From an uncultured delta proteobacterium (lineage in GTDB: Bacteria > Desulfobacterota > Desulfuromonadia > Geobacterales > DSM-12255): 64,000 nt of DNA. Position 1 is the first letter of the stretch. Each line of letters begins with the position of its first letter. This document shows positions 50,215-59,006 of the stretch, in pieces. Below the pieces are notes generated by a model. It was given only the letters and a program-made list of their open reading frames with translations, was not told the DNA's origin and did no database searches. The translations under genes and the position numbers were made by a program. The stretch is taken from assembly GCA_963787125.1 (NCBI GenBank), contig CAWBBV010000004.1, positions 32,001 to 96,000 of the forward strand. Reading direction: 5' to 3'.

Positions 50215-51291
50215 ATGTCTGCCCGACACGCAAAACTCGAACTTTTGGGGTGGAACCCATGGCTATCCGAAATAGCGGCGCTGCAGGGGCTACCTGTTGA
50301 GGCTATGGCGCGGGTGGCAACAGTTGACCGCGAGCAATTCGTACTTTTGAATGCTAACGGTGCGTTCCGGGCCAGGCTGTCCGGCAGCTACCTTCACCAC
50401 CGGCGGCGACCGGAAGAGTTCCCCTGTGTGGGGGATTGGGTGAGTGTGGAGAAAGGCGAAAATGACGACTTCGGTCTGATCCATGCTCTGATCGACCGCA
50501 GGACCAGCCTGCGCCGCAGGGCGATTGGCAGATCGGCTGAGGTACAGATGATCGCGGCCAATGTCGATTGCGTCATCATCGTGCAGTCGTGTCACTTCGA
50601 TTTCAATCTGAACCGCCTGGAACGCTATCTGGTAATGGTCGCCGAAGGGGGTGCTGAAGCGTATATCCTGCTTACCAAGACAGATCTGATCGGCCCTGAC
50701 GTTCTGGCTGACCAGCTTTCCCGGATTCATGCCGCTGGTATCATTGCGCCCGTGCTGACCTTGAGTAATGTCACCCGCAAAGGCGTTGACGAGTTGAAAC
50801 TCGTTTTGTTGCCCGGCAAAACCTACTGCTTAGTCGGTTCATCCGGAGTCGGCAAAAGTACGATCATCAACGAGCTGATCGGTCGGCAACAGCTTGAAAC
50901 AAAGGGAGTCAGTGCGAGCGGTGAGGGAAGGCACACGACCGTCCGCCGGGAGCTGATCGTTCTTGATAACGGTGCCATGGTTATTGATAATCCCGGGATG
51001 CGCGAATTCGGCATTTCTGCTGCGGAGGAAGGACTCAACGGGGGCTTCAGCGACATCACGAGCATTGCCTCCCGCTGCCGTTACCGGGATTGCACCCATA
51101 CGGATGAACCGGACTGTGCCGTACTCAGCGCTTTGGGGGCTGGAGGCATAAATCAGGCACATTATGAAAACTACCTAAAATTGAAGGGAGAGTCTGACTT
51201 CTACCGGTTGTCTCATGCAGAAAAGAGAAAGAAGGATCGCGATTTCGGCAAATTTATTAAATCGGCGAAGAAAGACCTGGTACGAGAATAA
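50215..51291 (+). CDS. rsgA: Ribosome small subunit-dependent GTPase A
   Basis: VGDWV, TKTDL, GSSGVGKST, GRHTT, DNPG, CRYRDCTH..EPDC. Confidence 0.93.
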   Translation: MSARHAKLELLGWNPWLSEIAALQGLPVEAMARVATVDREQFVLLNANGAFRARLSGSYLHHRRRPEEFPCVGDWVSVEKGENDDFGLIHALIDRRTSLRRRAIGRSAEVQMIAANVDCVIIVQSCHFDFNLNRLERYLVMVAEGGAEAYILLTKTDLIGPDVLADQLSRIHAAGIIAPVLTLSNVTRKGVDELKLVLLPGKTYCLVGSSGVGKSTIINELIGRQQLETKGVSASGEGRHTTVRRELIVLDNGAMVIDNPGMREFGISAAEEGLNGGFSDITSIASRCRYRDCTHTDEPDCAVLSALGAGGINQAHYENYLKLKGESDFYRLSHAEKRKKDRDFGKFIKSAKKDLVRE

Positions 51292-51352
51292 AATTATGGC
51301 TACAGGAAAGAGGAATCAGCAGGGGCAGGTGCCAAGGTAACTGACAATAGTT

Positions 51353-51377
51353 AAAAGGCGGCCAAGCGGCCGCCTTT
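51353..51377 (+). repeat. Array element (hairpin)
   Basis: AAAAGGCGGCCAAGCGGCCGCCTTT. Confidence 0.88.
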
Positions 51378-51435
51378 ACTGCTTCCACACACGGGGTCTG
51401 CTGGCCGAGTTAGACGGTGCATTAGCAGCCGGGCA

Positions 51436-51732
51436 TCAGTTTACTTCCAGATAGGGGTGAGTAGTAATGCGGCAATCTTCCTTGCGACCGGTCCGGGCAA
51501 TGGCGCCAATTGCCTCAACGATTCTGCTGACCGATTCATCGGTCGCAATGATCTCCAGCTTGACCTTCTCGACGATGTTTGCCATGAACGTGGCGCCGCG
51601 AAACATCATCACCTGTCCTTTCTGGTGGCACTTGATCGTGCTCTCCATGAAGTTCTCGATACCCATATTCTCAAGGGCGCTTCGTACCTCGTGCATCTTG
51701 AACTGATCGATAACGGCTTCAATCTGCTGCAT
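51436..51732 (-). CDS. Divergent P-II family protein
   Basis: IEAVI..FK..EV..AL, FRGATF, KVKLEII, ARTG. Confidence 0.8.
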   Translation of the reverse strand: MQQIEAVIDQFKMHEVRSALENMGIENFMESTIKCHQKGQVMMFRGATFMANIVEKVKLEIIATDESVSRIVEAIGAIARTGRKEDCRITTHPYLEVN

Positions 51733-51795
51733 GGCCTACCTCCGTAGGCAGGCCCCATTGCCTACCGGCTGTGTTGTACATCCTGGCCAGGACAC

Positions 51796-51811
51796 TGCTT
51801 ATCTTGTGCCA
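51796..51811 (-). promoter_or_regulatory. Putative sigma54 promoter of the P-II-like gene
   Basis: TGGCACAAGATAAGCA, GG and GC correctly spaced for -24/-12. Confidence 0.55.
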
Positions 51812-51964
51812 AGAGCGCATAAAATAAATTGTTTGTAATTACGGAGAATTAGCTGCAAGAAGGCGACGCAGCGGGGATGACCGTGTGCCGGAAACTTGTG
51901 CTTCGGGGCGTCGGTCTGTCTAGTAAACAGTCAGTATGCTGCGCCGGCGAAATTATGAGGGGCG

Positions 51965-52017
51965 AACTCGGCGGCCACCATCCATGATTCATAAGGTCGC
52001 CAATCGGCCGCCATTTT
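51965..52017 (+). repeat. Array element, degenerate full length
   Basis: AACTCGGCGGCCACCATCCATGATTCATAAGGTCGCCAATCGGCCGCCATTTT. Confidence 0.75.
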
Positions 52018-52085
52018 AGCTCTTGTTGCCGACCGCCGCAATGGTGGTATGCTTACAACCGAAAACCAATAAAAGGAGACACGCC

Positions 52086-52508
52086 ATGTCAACATTGAAA
52101 GAGCAGATAGCCGCTATCATGGCCCCGTTGCAGCTCTCGGCAGTAGCCACCATCGCCGCCGGGAAACCGTGGGTCCGCTATGTGATGACGGTCGGCGGGA
52201 ACGACCTGAACGTCCGTTTCGCGACCTATGCGGGATCCCGCAAGGTTGCGCAGATAGCCGCCAACCCTGAGGTGCATGTGACGCTGGGAGTGAACGATCC
52301 GGCCACCATGACCCCGTACCTGCAGATCCAGGGACTGGCTCGCTTCTCCACTGAAGCGGCGGAGCGCCACGGGTTCTGGAGCGGGATGCTGGCCAACTAT
52401 TTCAGCGGGCCGGATGATCCGAACTACGGTGTGGTGATCGTGACCCCCTACCGAATCGAGCTGGCGAAGGCGGGCGTGCCGGTGCCGGAGGTCTGGACGG
52501 CGGGCTAG
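52086..52508 (+). CDS. Pyridoxamine 5'-phosphate oxidase-family (FMN-binding split barrel) protein
   Basis: ATI..GKPWVRYV, SRKVAQIAANPEV, YFSGPDDPNY; AGGAG RBS. Confidence 0.87.
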   Translation: MSTLKEQIAAIMAPLQLSAVATIAAGKPWVRYVMTVGGNDLNVRFATYAGSRKVAQIAANPEVHVTLGVNDPATMTPYLQIQGLARFSTEAAERHGFWSGMLANYFSGPDDPNYGVVIVTPYRIELAKAGVPVPEVWTAG

Positions 52509-52518
52509 AATCTGCGGT

Positions 52519-52568
52519 GATCCGGGGGCAGTTATTTAATTCAAAAGGCGGCCAAGCGGCCGCCTTTG
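52519..52568 (+). repeat. Array element
   Basis: GATCCGGGGGCAGTTATTTAATTCAAAAGGCGGCCAAGCGGCCGCCTTTG. Confidence 0.9.
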
Positions 52569-52585
52569 TCGTTGTACGAAAGGGC

Positions 52586-53191
52586 TTACCGGCTCGCCCC
52601 GATCAGCCGCACGAAATCATCATAGGCGGCGAAACCGGTTAACCGCTTTCCGTCGCAGAGATGGGTGGGGACTGCGGTGATGCGCAGCTCCATGGCCAGC
52701 TGCCAATCGGCATCAACCGCTGCGGCATAGCTCCGCTCCAGCAGCACGGTCCGCGCCTCATCCGGGGACAGCCCGGCAACTGCGGCGATCCGGACCAACT
52801 CATCGACCAGGGCGATGTTGACCCCTTCGACGAAATATGCCCTGTAGACCGCATGGCGGAACTGTTCCCCCCGACCCTGCTCCTCCGCCCATTTCCCCAG
52901 TTCCTGGGCGAACCGGCTGTTGTAGGTACGGCTCCGTTCGACCAACGGCAGGTCCTCTGCCGCTGCTGTCTGCTGCAGCCGGGCCTGCATGTCGCGGATC
53001 ATTGCCTCCCGGCCGGCAAAGAGATCGGCAAGCTCCCTCCCCTCGGTTGGAGTCTCCGGGTGGAGCGGGAAAACTCTCCAGAGTAGCTGGACATTGTATT
53101 CCTTCTGGAGGCGATCGGTACGCACGGTACCGAGGTAGCACCAGGGTCAGATGTAATCGAAAAAGACCTCTACCACAGATGTGCTGTTCAT
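52586..53191 (-). CDS. DsbA/FrnE-family oxidoreductase, selenoprotein (UxxC)
   Basis: GGAGGAGG RBS; MNSTSVVEVFFDYI-U(TGA 53149-53147)-PWCYLG in frame with the listed ORF; FPLHPETP, ITAVPT; SECIS-like hairpin follows. Confidence 0.88.
53105..53146 (-). promoter_or_regulatory. Bacterial SECIS-like element
   Basis: 13 nt after UGA: stem TCGGTAC / GTACCGA with loop CGTGC; lower CTGG/CCAG pairing. Confidence 0.7.
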
Positions 53192-53214
53192 GGTGTCCTC
53201 CTCCCGGCAGTTTC

Positions 53215-53889
53215 TTAGAGCAGCCTCAATACCGCCTGCGCCGCCGGTTCCGATGAAGCGGGGTTCTGGCCGGTGATGAGATTACCGTCACTGATGACAT
53301 GGGACTGCCAGTCAGCCCCTTTGGAATATTTACCGCCGGTCTTGCGTAGTTCGTCCTCAACCAGGAACGGCACAATTGCAGTCAGACCGACCGCTGCTTC
53401 TTCGGTGTTTGAAAAGCCGGTGACTCCTTTTCCATTGACCAGCTGAGTACCATCTGCAGCCCGGGCATGGCGCAACACCCCGGGGGCATGACAAACCGCT
53501 GCAACCGGTTTCCCTTTGGCATACATGGTCTCGATCAGGGCGATGGAATCCCGGTCCTCTGCCAAATCCCACAAAGGCCCATGGCCGCCGGGATAAAAGA
53601 GCGCGTCATATTCATCCGCTATAACTGTCTTCAACGGTACGGTATGCTCCAGAATCGCCTGCGCTTCAGCGTCGTTGTTGAAACGCTCGGTGGCTGTTGT
53701 CTGGAAATCCTTTTCAGCACTCTTAGGGTCCAACGGCGGTTGTCCTCCTTTGGGCGAAGCCAGAGTGATCGTGGCTCCCGCATCCTTGAAGACATAGTAG
53801 GGGGCGGCGAACTCTTCCAGCCAGAAACCGGTCTTCTTTCCGGTTTTGCCAAGCTCATCGTGTGATGTCAGCACCATCAGTATCTTCAA
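53215..53889 (-). CDS. DJ-1/PfpI (Hsp31-like) type 1 glutamine amidotransferase domain protein
   Basis: TGFWLEEFAAPY, PGGHGPLWDL, AVCHAP, ITGQNPAS. Confidence 0.92.
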   Translation of the reverse strand: MKILMVLTSHDELGKTGKKTGFWLEEFAAPYYVFKDAGATITLASPKGGQPPLDPKSAEKDFQTTATERFNNDAEAQAILEHTVPLKTVIADEYDALFYPGGHGPLWDLAEDRDSIALIETMYAKGKPVAAVCHAPGVLRHARAADGTQLVNGKGVTGFSNTEEAAVGLTAIVPFLVEDELRKTGGKYSKGADWQSHVISDGNLITGQNPASSEPAAQAVLRLL

Positions 53890-54022
53890 GATCGGATCTC
53901 CTCGCGTGTGATGTCTCCGACTGCTCCGGCTTATGCCTGTCGGTTGATATATTGTACCTCATTTTGATTGAGTCACCAGATCGGGGCTAAAAATTGGAAG
54001 GGTCGTGACGGGGAGATCCTGG

Positions 54023-54058
54023 AACAGCAAAGGCGGCTGATTGGCCTCCTTTGCTGTT
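54023..54058 (+). repeat. Array element (hairpin)
   Basis: AACAGCAAAGGCGGCTGATTGGCCTCCTTTGCTGTT. Confidence 0.75.
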
Positions 54059-54124
54059 TCAGACTATCTATCTGTGGCAATCATCCCGGCTACCCCGGCC
54101 ACCTGTCATAACAGGGCGCCACCC

Positions 54125-55171
54125 CTACTCCCGTACCCAGTGGCAGGTGTACCCTCCCGGGTTCTTCACCAGGTAGTCCTGATGATGCTCTTCAGCCCGC
54201 CACCAGGGACCGGCCGGGACGATCTCGGTGACGATCGGCCGCTTCCACTTGCCGCTGGCATCCACCTCGGCCTTGACCTTTTGGGCGATCCGCTGCTGCT
54301 CTGCGTCATGGTAGAAAATGGCGCTCCGATAGCTGGAGCCCGTATCGTTCCCCTGGCGGTTCAGGGTGGTCGGATCGTGCATCCGGAAGAAGAAGCGAAG
54401 CAGGGCCTCAAAGCTGGTCCTGGTCGGATCGAATTCGATCCGCACCGCTTCGGCATGCCCCTCATGGTTACCATAGGTGGCGTTCGCCACCTTCCCGCCG
54501 GTATAGCCCACCTCCGTGGCGATCACCCCCGGCTGCTGGCGCAACAGATCCTCCATCCCCCAGAAACAGCCGCCGGCCAGGGTTGCGAACTGCTGCGCCG
54601 CTGCTGCCGAGGCCTTCCGGCCGAAGAGGGGGAGCCAGGCGCCGTAGCCGGCCTTCTCCAGGTCATCCACCGGGATGAAGCGGAGCGAAGCGGAGTTGAT
54701 GCAGTAGCGTAGCCCCCCCTTGTCCCGCGGCCCGTCGGTGAAGATGTGCCCCAGATGGGAGTCGGCCTCGGCCGAGCGGACCTCGGTCCGGACCATGCCG
54801 AAGTTGCTGTCCTTGTTCTCCTTCACGTGGTCCGGGGCGACCGGCCTGGTAAAGCTGGGCCAACCGGTGCCGGACTCAAACTTGTCCAGGGAGGAGAAGA
54901 GCGGCTCGCCGCTGACAATGTCCACGTAGAGCCCTTCGCGATGATTGTTCCAGTATTCGTTGTCGAACGGCGGCTCGGTCCCCGCCTTCCGGGTGACGTT
55001 GTACTGCAGCGGCGTCAGGCGCTTTTGCAGCTCTTCGTCAGCATATTTTTTCCCTGTCATGGTCGTCTCCTTTCCGGCAACCTGGTCCACCACGCGGAGA
55101 GGACGAACCATCACCGCCAGCACCAGAAGTGCCGTCATAATTCCTAATACCGTCAATATTTTCCTTTTCAT
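54125..55171 (-). CDS. msrAB: Bifunctional methionine sulfoxide reductase B/A with N-terminal signal/anchor
   Basis: [20 protein letters not shown] (MsrB); [15 protein letters not shown] (MsrA). Confidence 0.93.
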   Translation of the reverse strand: MKRKILTVLGIMTALLVLAVMVRPLRVVDQVAGKETTMTGKKYADEELQKRLTPLQYNVTRKAGTEPPFDNEYWNNHREGLYVDIVSGEPLFSSLDKFESGTGWPSFTRPVAPDHVKENKDSNFGMVRTEVRSAEADSHLGHIFTDGPRDKGGLRYCINSASLRFIPVDDLEKAGYGAWLPLFGRKASAAAAQQFATLAGGCFWGMEDLLRQQPGVIATEVGYTGGKVANATYGNHEGHAEAVRIEFDPTRTSFEALLRFFFRMHDPTTLNRQGNDTGSSYRSAIFYHDAEQQRIAQKVKAEVDASGKWKRPIVTEIVPAGPWWRAEEHHQDYLVKNPGGYTCHWVRE

Positions 55172-55396
55172 GCTGGTGCCTCGCTGCCCGTTTCATTCTG
55201 CGTGGAGCAATTGAATCCCGCTTTGTATCCAGGCGTCACGGCTCCGTTCCCATTTCACCCCAACCGCCGGGATAAATTAAGCGCCTACATTTTTAGTATA
55301 ACATACCAATTAACTCCTGAGGCAAGAATATGGCAGTATCTACCTTTGTAATTTTATCCAGGGAACGCCCATATTTTCACTTGTAACATCTCAGGC

Positions 55397-55447
55397 TTTA
55401 CTGGAACAGCTTACTGATTACAAAAGGGAGCCAATCGGCCGCCTTTG
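55397..55447 (+). repeat. Array element, degenerate
   Basis: TTTACTGGAACAGCTTACTGATTACAAAAGGGAGCCAATCGGCCGCCTTTG. Confidence 0.75.
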
Positions 55448-55555
55448 CTGTATAGTAGTTAGCACCTGGATGACGTAGCTGTCTGACGCTGATATTCGAC
55501 CGACCGGTCATGACGAACTGTGCTGGGTACAAGATTCAGCGCGAGGAAAGGTTAC

Positions 55556-56437
55556 ATGGGAATAGCTAAACATCCTTCAGTAGTTACCATGCCTGAAACC
55601 GCCAGACCGTACCCGTCCCTCCTTGTTTTCCTGTGCGGGCGGTTCCCGGCCATTCCCCGGGAGATCTGGGCGCAAAGAATTGCCGCGGGAAAAGTCCTGG
55701 ACGAGCATGGCCAGCGACTGACGCAGGAGACTGAATACGCCCCTTTGCGGCGTATTTTTTATTTCCGCGAGGTTGTTTGTGAACCGCACATCCCTTTTGC
55801 CGAGAAAATCCTCTTTCTCGATGATGAGATTCTGGTCGCCTGCAAACCCCATTTCCTTCCGGTGACCCCGGGTGGACGCTATGTTGACGAATGTCTGTTG
55901 AACCGGTTGCGCAGCAGTACAGGAATTGAAGATCTGGTGCCGCTGCACCGTATAGATCGCGGCACAGCCGGCCTGGTTCTCTTCTCGGTCAATAAAAAGA
56001 GCAGGGGGCGCTACGCCGGACTCTTCCTGAACAGGCTGATTGAAAAGACCTATCAGGCAGTGGCGGCATGTCAGCCTCTGCAGGAAACAGCCTCATGGCA
56101 GGTGGAGACAAGAATAGAGCGGGGCGAACCGGGGTTTCTGATGAAGACGGCATCCGGCAGGGTCAATGCCAGTTCTTCCATCAAGCTGGTGGAAGTCAGG
56201 GGAGAACTGGCCCGCTTTACCCTGCGGCCGCACACCGGCAAAACCCATCAGCTGCGGATTCACATGAGCGGCATCGGCTTTGCGATACTAAATGACAGCT
56301 ACTATCCAAAGCTGCTGGCCGAAAGCGATGATAATTTTGCCGCACCGCTCCAGCTGCTGGCGCAAAGGCTCTGTTTCAAGGACCCTCTGAGCGGCAGGAG
56401 CAGAGAGTTCAGCTCCGGCCGCGAGCTGTTATGGTGA
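55556..56437 (+). CDS. RluA-family pseudouridine synthase
   Basis: KPHFLPVTP, HRIDRGTAG, TGKTHQLRIH. Confidence 0.9.
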   Translation: MGIAKHPSVVTMPETARPYPSLLVFLCGRFPAIPREIWAQRIAAGKVLDEHGQRLTQETEYAPLRRIFYFREVVCEPHIPFAEKILFLDDEILVACKPHFLPVTPGGRYVDECLLNRLRSSTGIEDLVPLHRIDRGTAGLVLFSVNKKSRGRYAGLFLNRLIEKTYQAVAACQPLQETASWQVETRIERGEPGFLMKTASGRVNASSSIKLVEVRGELARFTLRPHTGKTHQLRIHMSGIGFAILNDSYYPKLLAESDDNFAAPLQLLAQRLCFKDPLSGRSREFSSGRELLW

Positions 56438-56450
56438 TGATTTCACTGAT

Positions 56451-56500
56451 ATATGCAGGACATTTTTTCACTACAAAAGGCAACCGATCGGCCGCCTTTG
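56451..56500 (+). repeat. Array element, degenerate
   Basis: ATATGCAGGACA...CAAAAGGCAACCGATCGGCCGCCTTTG. Confidence 0.75.
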
Positions 56501-56531
56501 CTGTTTCTGCCTGCCACCCGCATGACTTCCC

Positions 56532-56798
56532 ATGCCCCCGCGGGAATGTGCCTTTCTCGCGGCCATGCTTCCAGGGCCACAAAAGGTTTACAATCCGTAC
56601 CGGCATCTGGATCGGGTGCTGAAGCGCTCCGACACCATCCTGGGACTGTTGCGCCAGAAGGGCGTACTGAACGAGGCGGAGTACCGGCTGGCCCTGGCGG
56701 AGACACCCAATATCACTGGGATGCAGCGGAAAGTGGACCAAAGCTTCACGGCCAAGGCAAGGCGATTCTTCAAGGATCTGTTCGGGTTTTTCCGGTGA
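56532..56798 (+). pseudogene. 3' fragment of a peptidoglycan transglycosylase (GT51) gene
   Basis: PRECAFLAAMLPGP..YNP..R...L...G resembles the last GT51 motif; earlier catalytic motifs absent; sits between two repeats. Confidence 0.65.
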
Positions 56799-56828
56799 GC
56801 AGGCAAGTTATTGGGTTCAGGAGGGTGG

Positions 56829-56876
56829 ACTTCAGGGGACAATACTATAATTCAAAAGGCAACAAACGGTGACTCT
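56829..56876 (+). repeat. Array element, rightmost copy
   Basis: ACTTCAGGGGACAATACTATAATTCAAAAGGCAACAAACGGTGACTCT. Confidence 0.75.
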
Positions 56877-56895
56877 CTTATTCCTTAAAGCCAGC

Positions 56896-58965
56896 TCACA
56901 CCAGTGTCATCCTGGTCGGCTGAAAGGCGGCCGATAAATCAGCTTCAGAGCTGTTCTGGACTATTTCGTGAAGGACGATGCAATCGCGCCCCTCTGCTTT
57001 TGCCTGCTGGAGTGCGTTTTCAGCTGCGGCCAGCAGCACGGCAGCTTCCCTGGCATCTTCCGGAAAGGTTGCCACGCCGACGCTTGCCGACATTTTTTTG
57101 GCCGGGAGGCTCTCTTGCCCGGGGATTTTCAACCGTCTCACCGCTTTTCTGATCCGATCAGCCACGGGCAGTGCCGCTGCTTTCGGCGTTCCGGGCAGTA
57201 TCAGGCAAAAGGTTGCGCTATTCCAGCTGCAGACCACGTCCATCTCTCTTGACGAACGGTTAATCGCAGCAACTATCTTTTTGGTCAGGGCCGCAGCCGC
57301 ACCAGCGCCGCAGAGAGAAGCGTAGAGACTGAGATGATCCAGCTCTATAAACAACAGGGTAAATTGCAGCTCCTGGCGGAGACTTCGGTTGAGCTCTTCT
57401 GCCACTCTTTTATCGAGAAAACTCCGGTTATACAGATTCGTTACCGGGTCGACTGCAGACAGGTTAAGGAGCAGCTCGGTCTGCTGCCGGGACTCAGTCC
57501 TTTCCAGAACCATGACAGCCTGGCCAAGCAGCAAGGAGAGGAGTTGCAGGTCGTTTTCGGTGAAGATGTCCTGCCCGGCCTTATCTGCCAGATTCAAAAC
57601 GCCAAGAATCTTGTCACCACCCCGGAATGGGGCGCTGATGAAGGATTTTGTTTTGTAGCGCGGCCGGTTGGTTGTCGCCACCCTGCTGTCGGTCTCAATG
57701 TCATTTACTACTATCGCCTGACCGGTGGCGGCAACTTTACCGGCAATCCCTTCGCCAATCTTTATGTTGAAGCTTTTGGAAAGCTCTTTATTCAGTCCTA
57801 AAGCCGCAACTATTTTCAATGAGTGGCCGGACTCATCGAGCAGCATCAGCGACCCGGCTGACGCCCCAAGAAAATCGGCAGCTATGGAGAGTATTCTTGA
57901 GTGCAGTTCTTTGATGGTCCGGACTTCGAGCATGGTGGTAGTCATGGCAAGCAACCTTGCCGGCAAAGACGAACCGGAGTATTGGTTGGCCTCATTGTGC
58001 AGCTGCTGCAACCTGGATGCTGCCCGGCCGGTCAGGATCTCAGCCAGAAGGGCGTCTCTTGGTTGCAGCGCCAAATCAGGGAGGAGAATGCAGCCAAACA
58101 GTTCTGTCCCGGCCATGAGCGGAAGAAAGGTGGCACTCCGGGCACTGATCTCCCGGAACATTTCACCTGTTTCAGAGGCAAGTTGCAGGGAGCGTTCACC
58201 CGGATGCTCGGCCATGAGCTGCTGAATCGCGCATTTTGATGTTTGGCCAAGATCGGCAGGCAGCCCCCAGGTACCCCTGATCGTAAAAGCGTCGTTGTCA
58301 TGCCCGGAGATTGCAATTGCTATCTGTTGACAGTCAAAGAGAATTCCGAAAGATTCACTGAGCAACGAAATCACCTCGTCACGGGTTTCCCCTCTATCAA
58401 GCTGCGTGGAGATGCCGACAACAGAGTTGAGGCGCGACACAGTGGTTTCAAAGAGATGGTTATGCACGCTGGAGCTCATGATGGAAGGGAGAATGCGGTG
58501 GACTCTGTCTGCCGCTTCACGCACATCCTCCAGTTCAACCACCGGCAGATTGCCCAACCTGTCAAGAACAGTGAAAGGTTTTATCTTTGCTGAGCGACTC
58601 ATGCTTTCAAGATAGAAGAGATTTATGGAACTGGTTCTGACGCCCCAGGCTATGAGGCACCTGTTTGCAACTGCGGGGTCAGTGAGGCGGATGACAAAGC
58701 CAAGCAGGCCCAGGGGACAGCGGCCGACAACCGGAACATCCCGGGCAAATGCCTCGCGCAGGGCATCTTCAAGGGGGAGAGTACAACTCTTGCCGCAGCT
58801 GGCAGTTGCGCCGCGGAGCCCGCAGAGCTTGCCGGAAACCATATTTTTTGCCACAATACCTTCACCCTGCACGTAAAGCGCCAGGCTGTAAGGCGCTGTA
58901 AAGGAATACGTGCGGAGTGAATCGAGCATGTCAACAGGGTTTAAGGTGGTTGTTTTGCGCTGCAA
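56896..58965 (-). CDS. PocR-like/GAF/degenerate GGDEF signalling protein
   Basis: N-terminal C..RCPLGL, GAF (GEGIAGKVA), DPVTNLYNR; GGDEF position reads NSATF. Confidence 0.85.
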   Translation of the reverse strand: MQRKTTTLNPVDMLDSLRTYSFTAPYSLALYVQGEGIVAKNMVSGKLCGLRGATASCGKSCTLPLEDALREAFARDVPVVGRCPLGLLGFVIRLTDPAVANRCLIAWGVRTSSINLFYLESMSRSAKIKPFTVLDRLGNLPVVELEDVREAADRVHRILPSIMSSSVHNHLFETTVSRLNSVVGISTQLDRGETRDEVISLLSESFGILFDCQQIAIAISGHDNDAFTIRGTWGLPADLGQTSKCAIQQLMAEHPGERSLQLASETGEMFREISARSATFLPLMAGTELFGCILLPDLALQPRDALLAEILTGRAASRLQQLHNEANQYSGSSLPARLLAMTTTMLEVRTIKELHSRILSIAADFLGASAGSLMLLDESGHSLKIVAALGLNKELSKSFNIKIGEGIAGKVAATGQAIVVNDIETDSRVATTNRPRYKTKSFISAPFRGGDKILGVLNLADKAGQDIFTENDLQLLSLLLGQAVMVLERTESRQQTELLLNLSAVDPVTNLYNRSFLDKRVAEELNRSLRQELQFTLLFIELDHLSLYASLCGAGAAAALTKKIVAAINRSSREMDVVCSWNSATFCLILPGTPKAAALPVADRIRKAVRRLKIPGQESLPAKKMSASVGVATFPEDAREAAVLLAAAENALQQAKAEGRDCIVLHEIVQNSSEADLSAAFQPTRMTLV

Positions 58966-59006
58966 AGAGATCTCCTGGCCCTGACAAACAAATAACTTCC
59001 AGCTGA

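Larger units (their letters stand above)
36525..56876 (+). other. Repeat-delimited accessory gene array (cassette-like island)
   Basis: About 19 co-oriented copies of a bipartite ~50 bp element separate units of 0-3 small genes; gene fragments at junctions. Confidence 0.75.

Noticed and set aside
36911..56876. CRISPR array interpretation of the recurring repeat
   Set aside because: Spacing is irregular and gene-sized, copies are degenerate, and there are no cas genes.
36525..56876. Classical integron or CALIN
   Set aside because: The element lacks RYYYAAC/GTTRRRY ends, genes lie in both orientations, and no intI is present.
36525..56876. Prophage, ICE or composite transposon
   Set aside because: No integrase, transposase, phage or conjugation genes, and no tRNA or att duplication seen at the ends.
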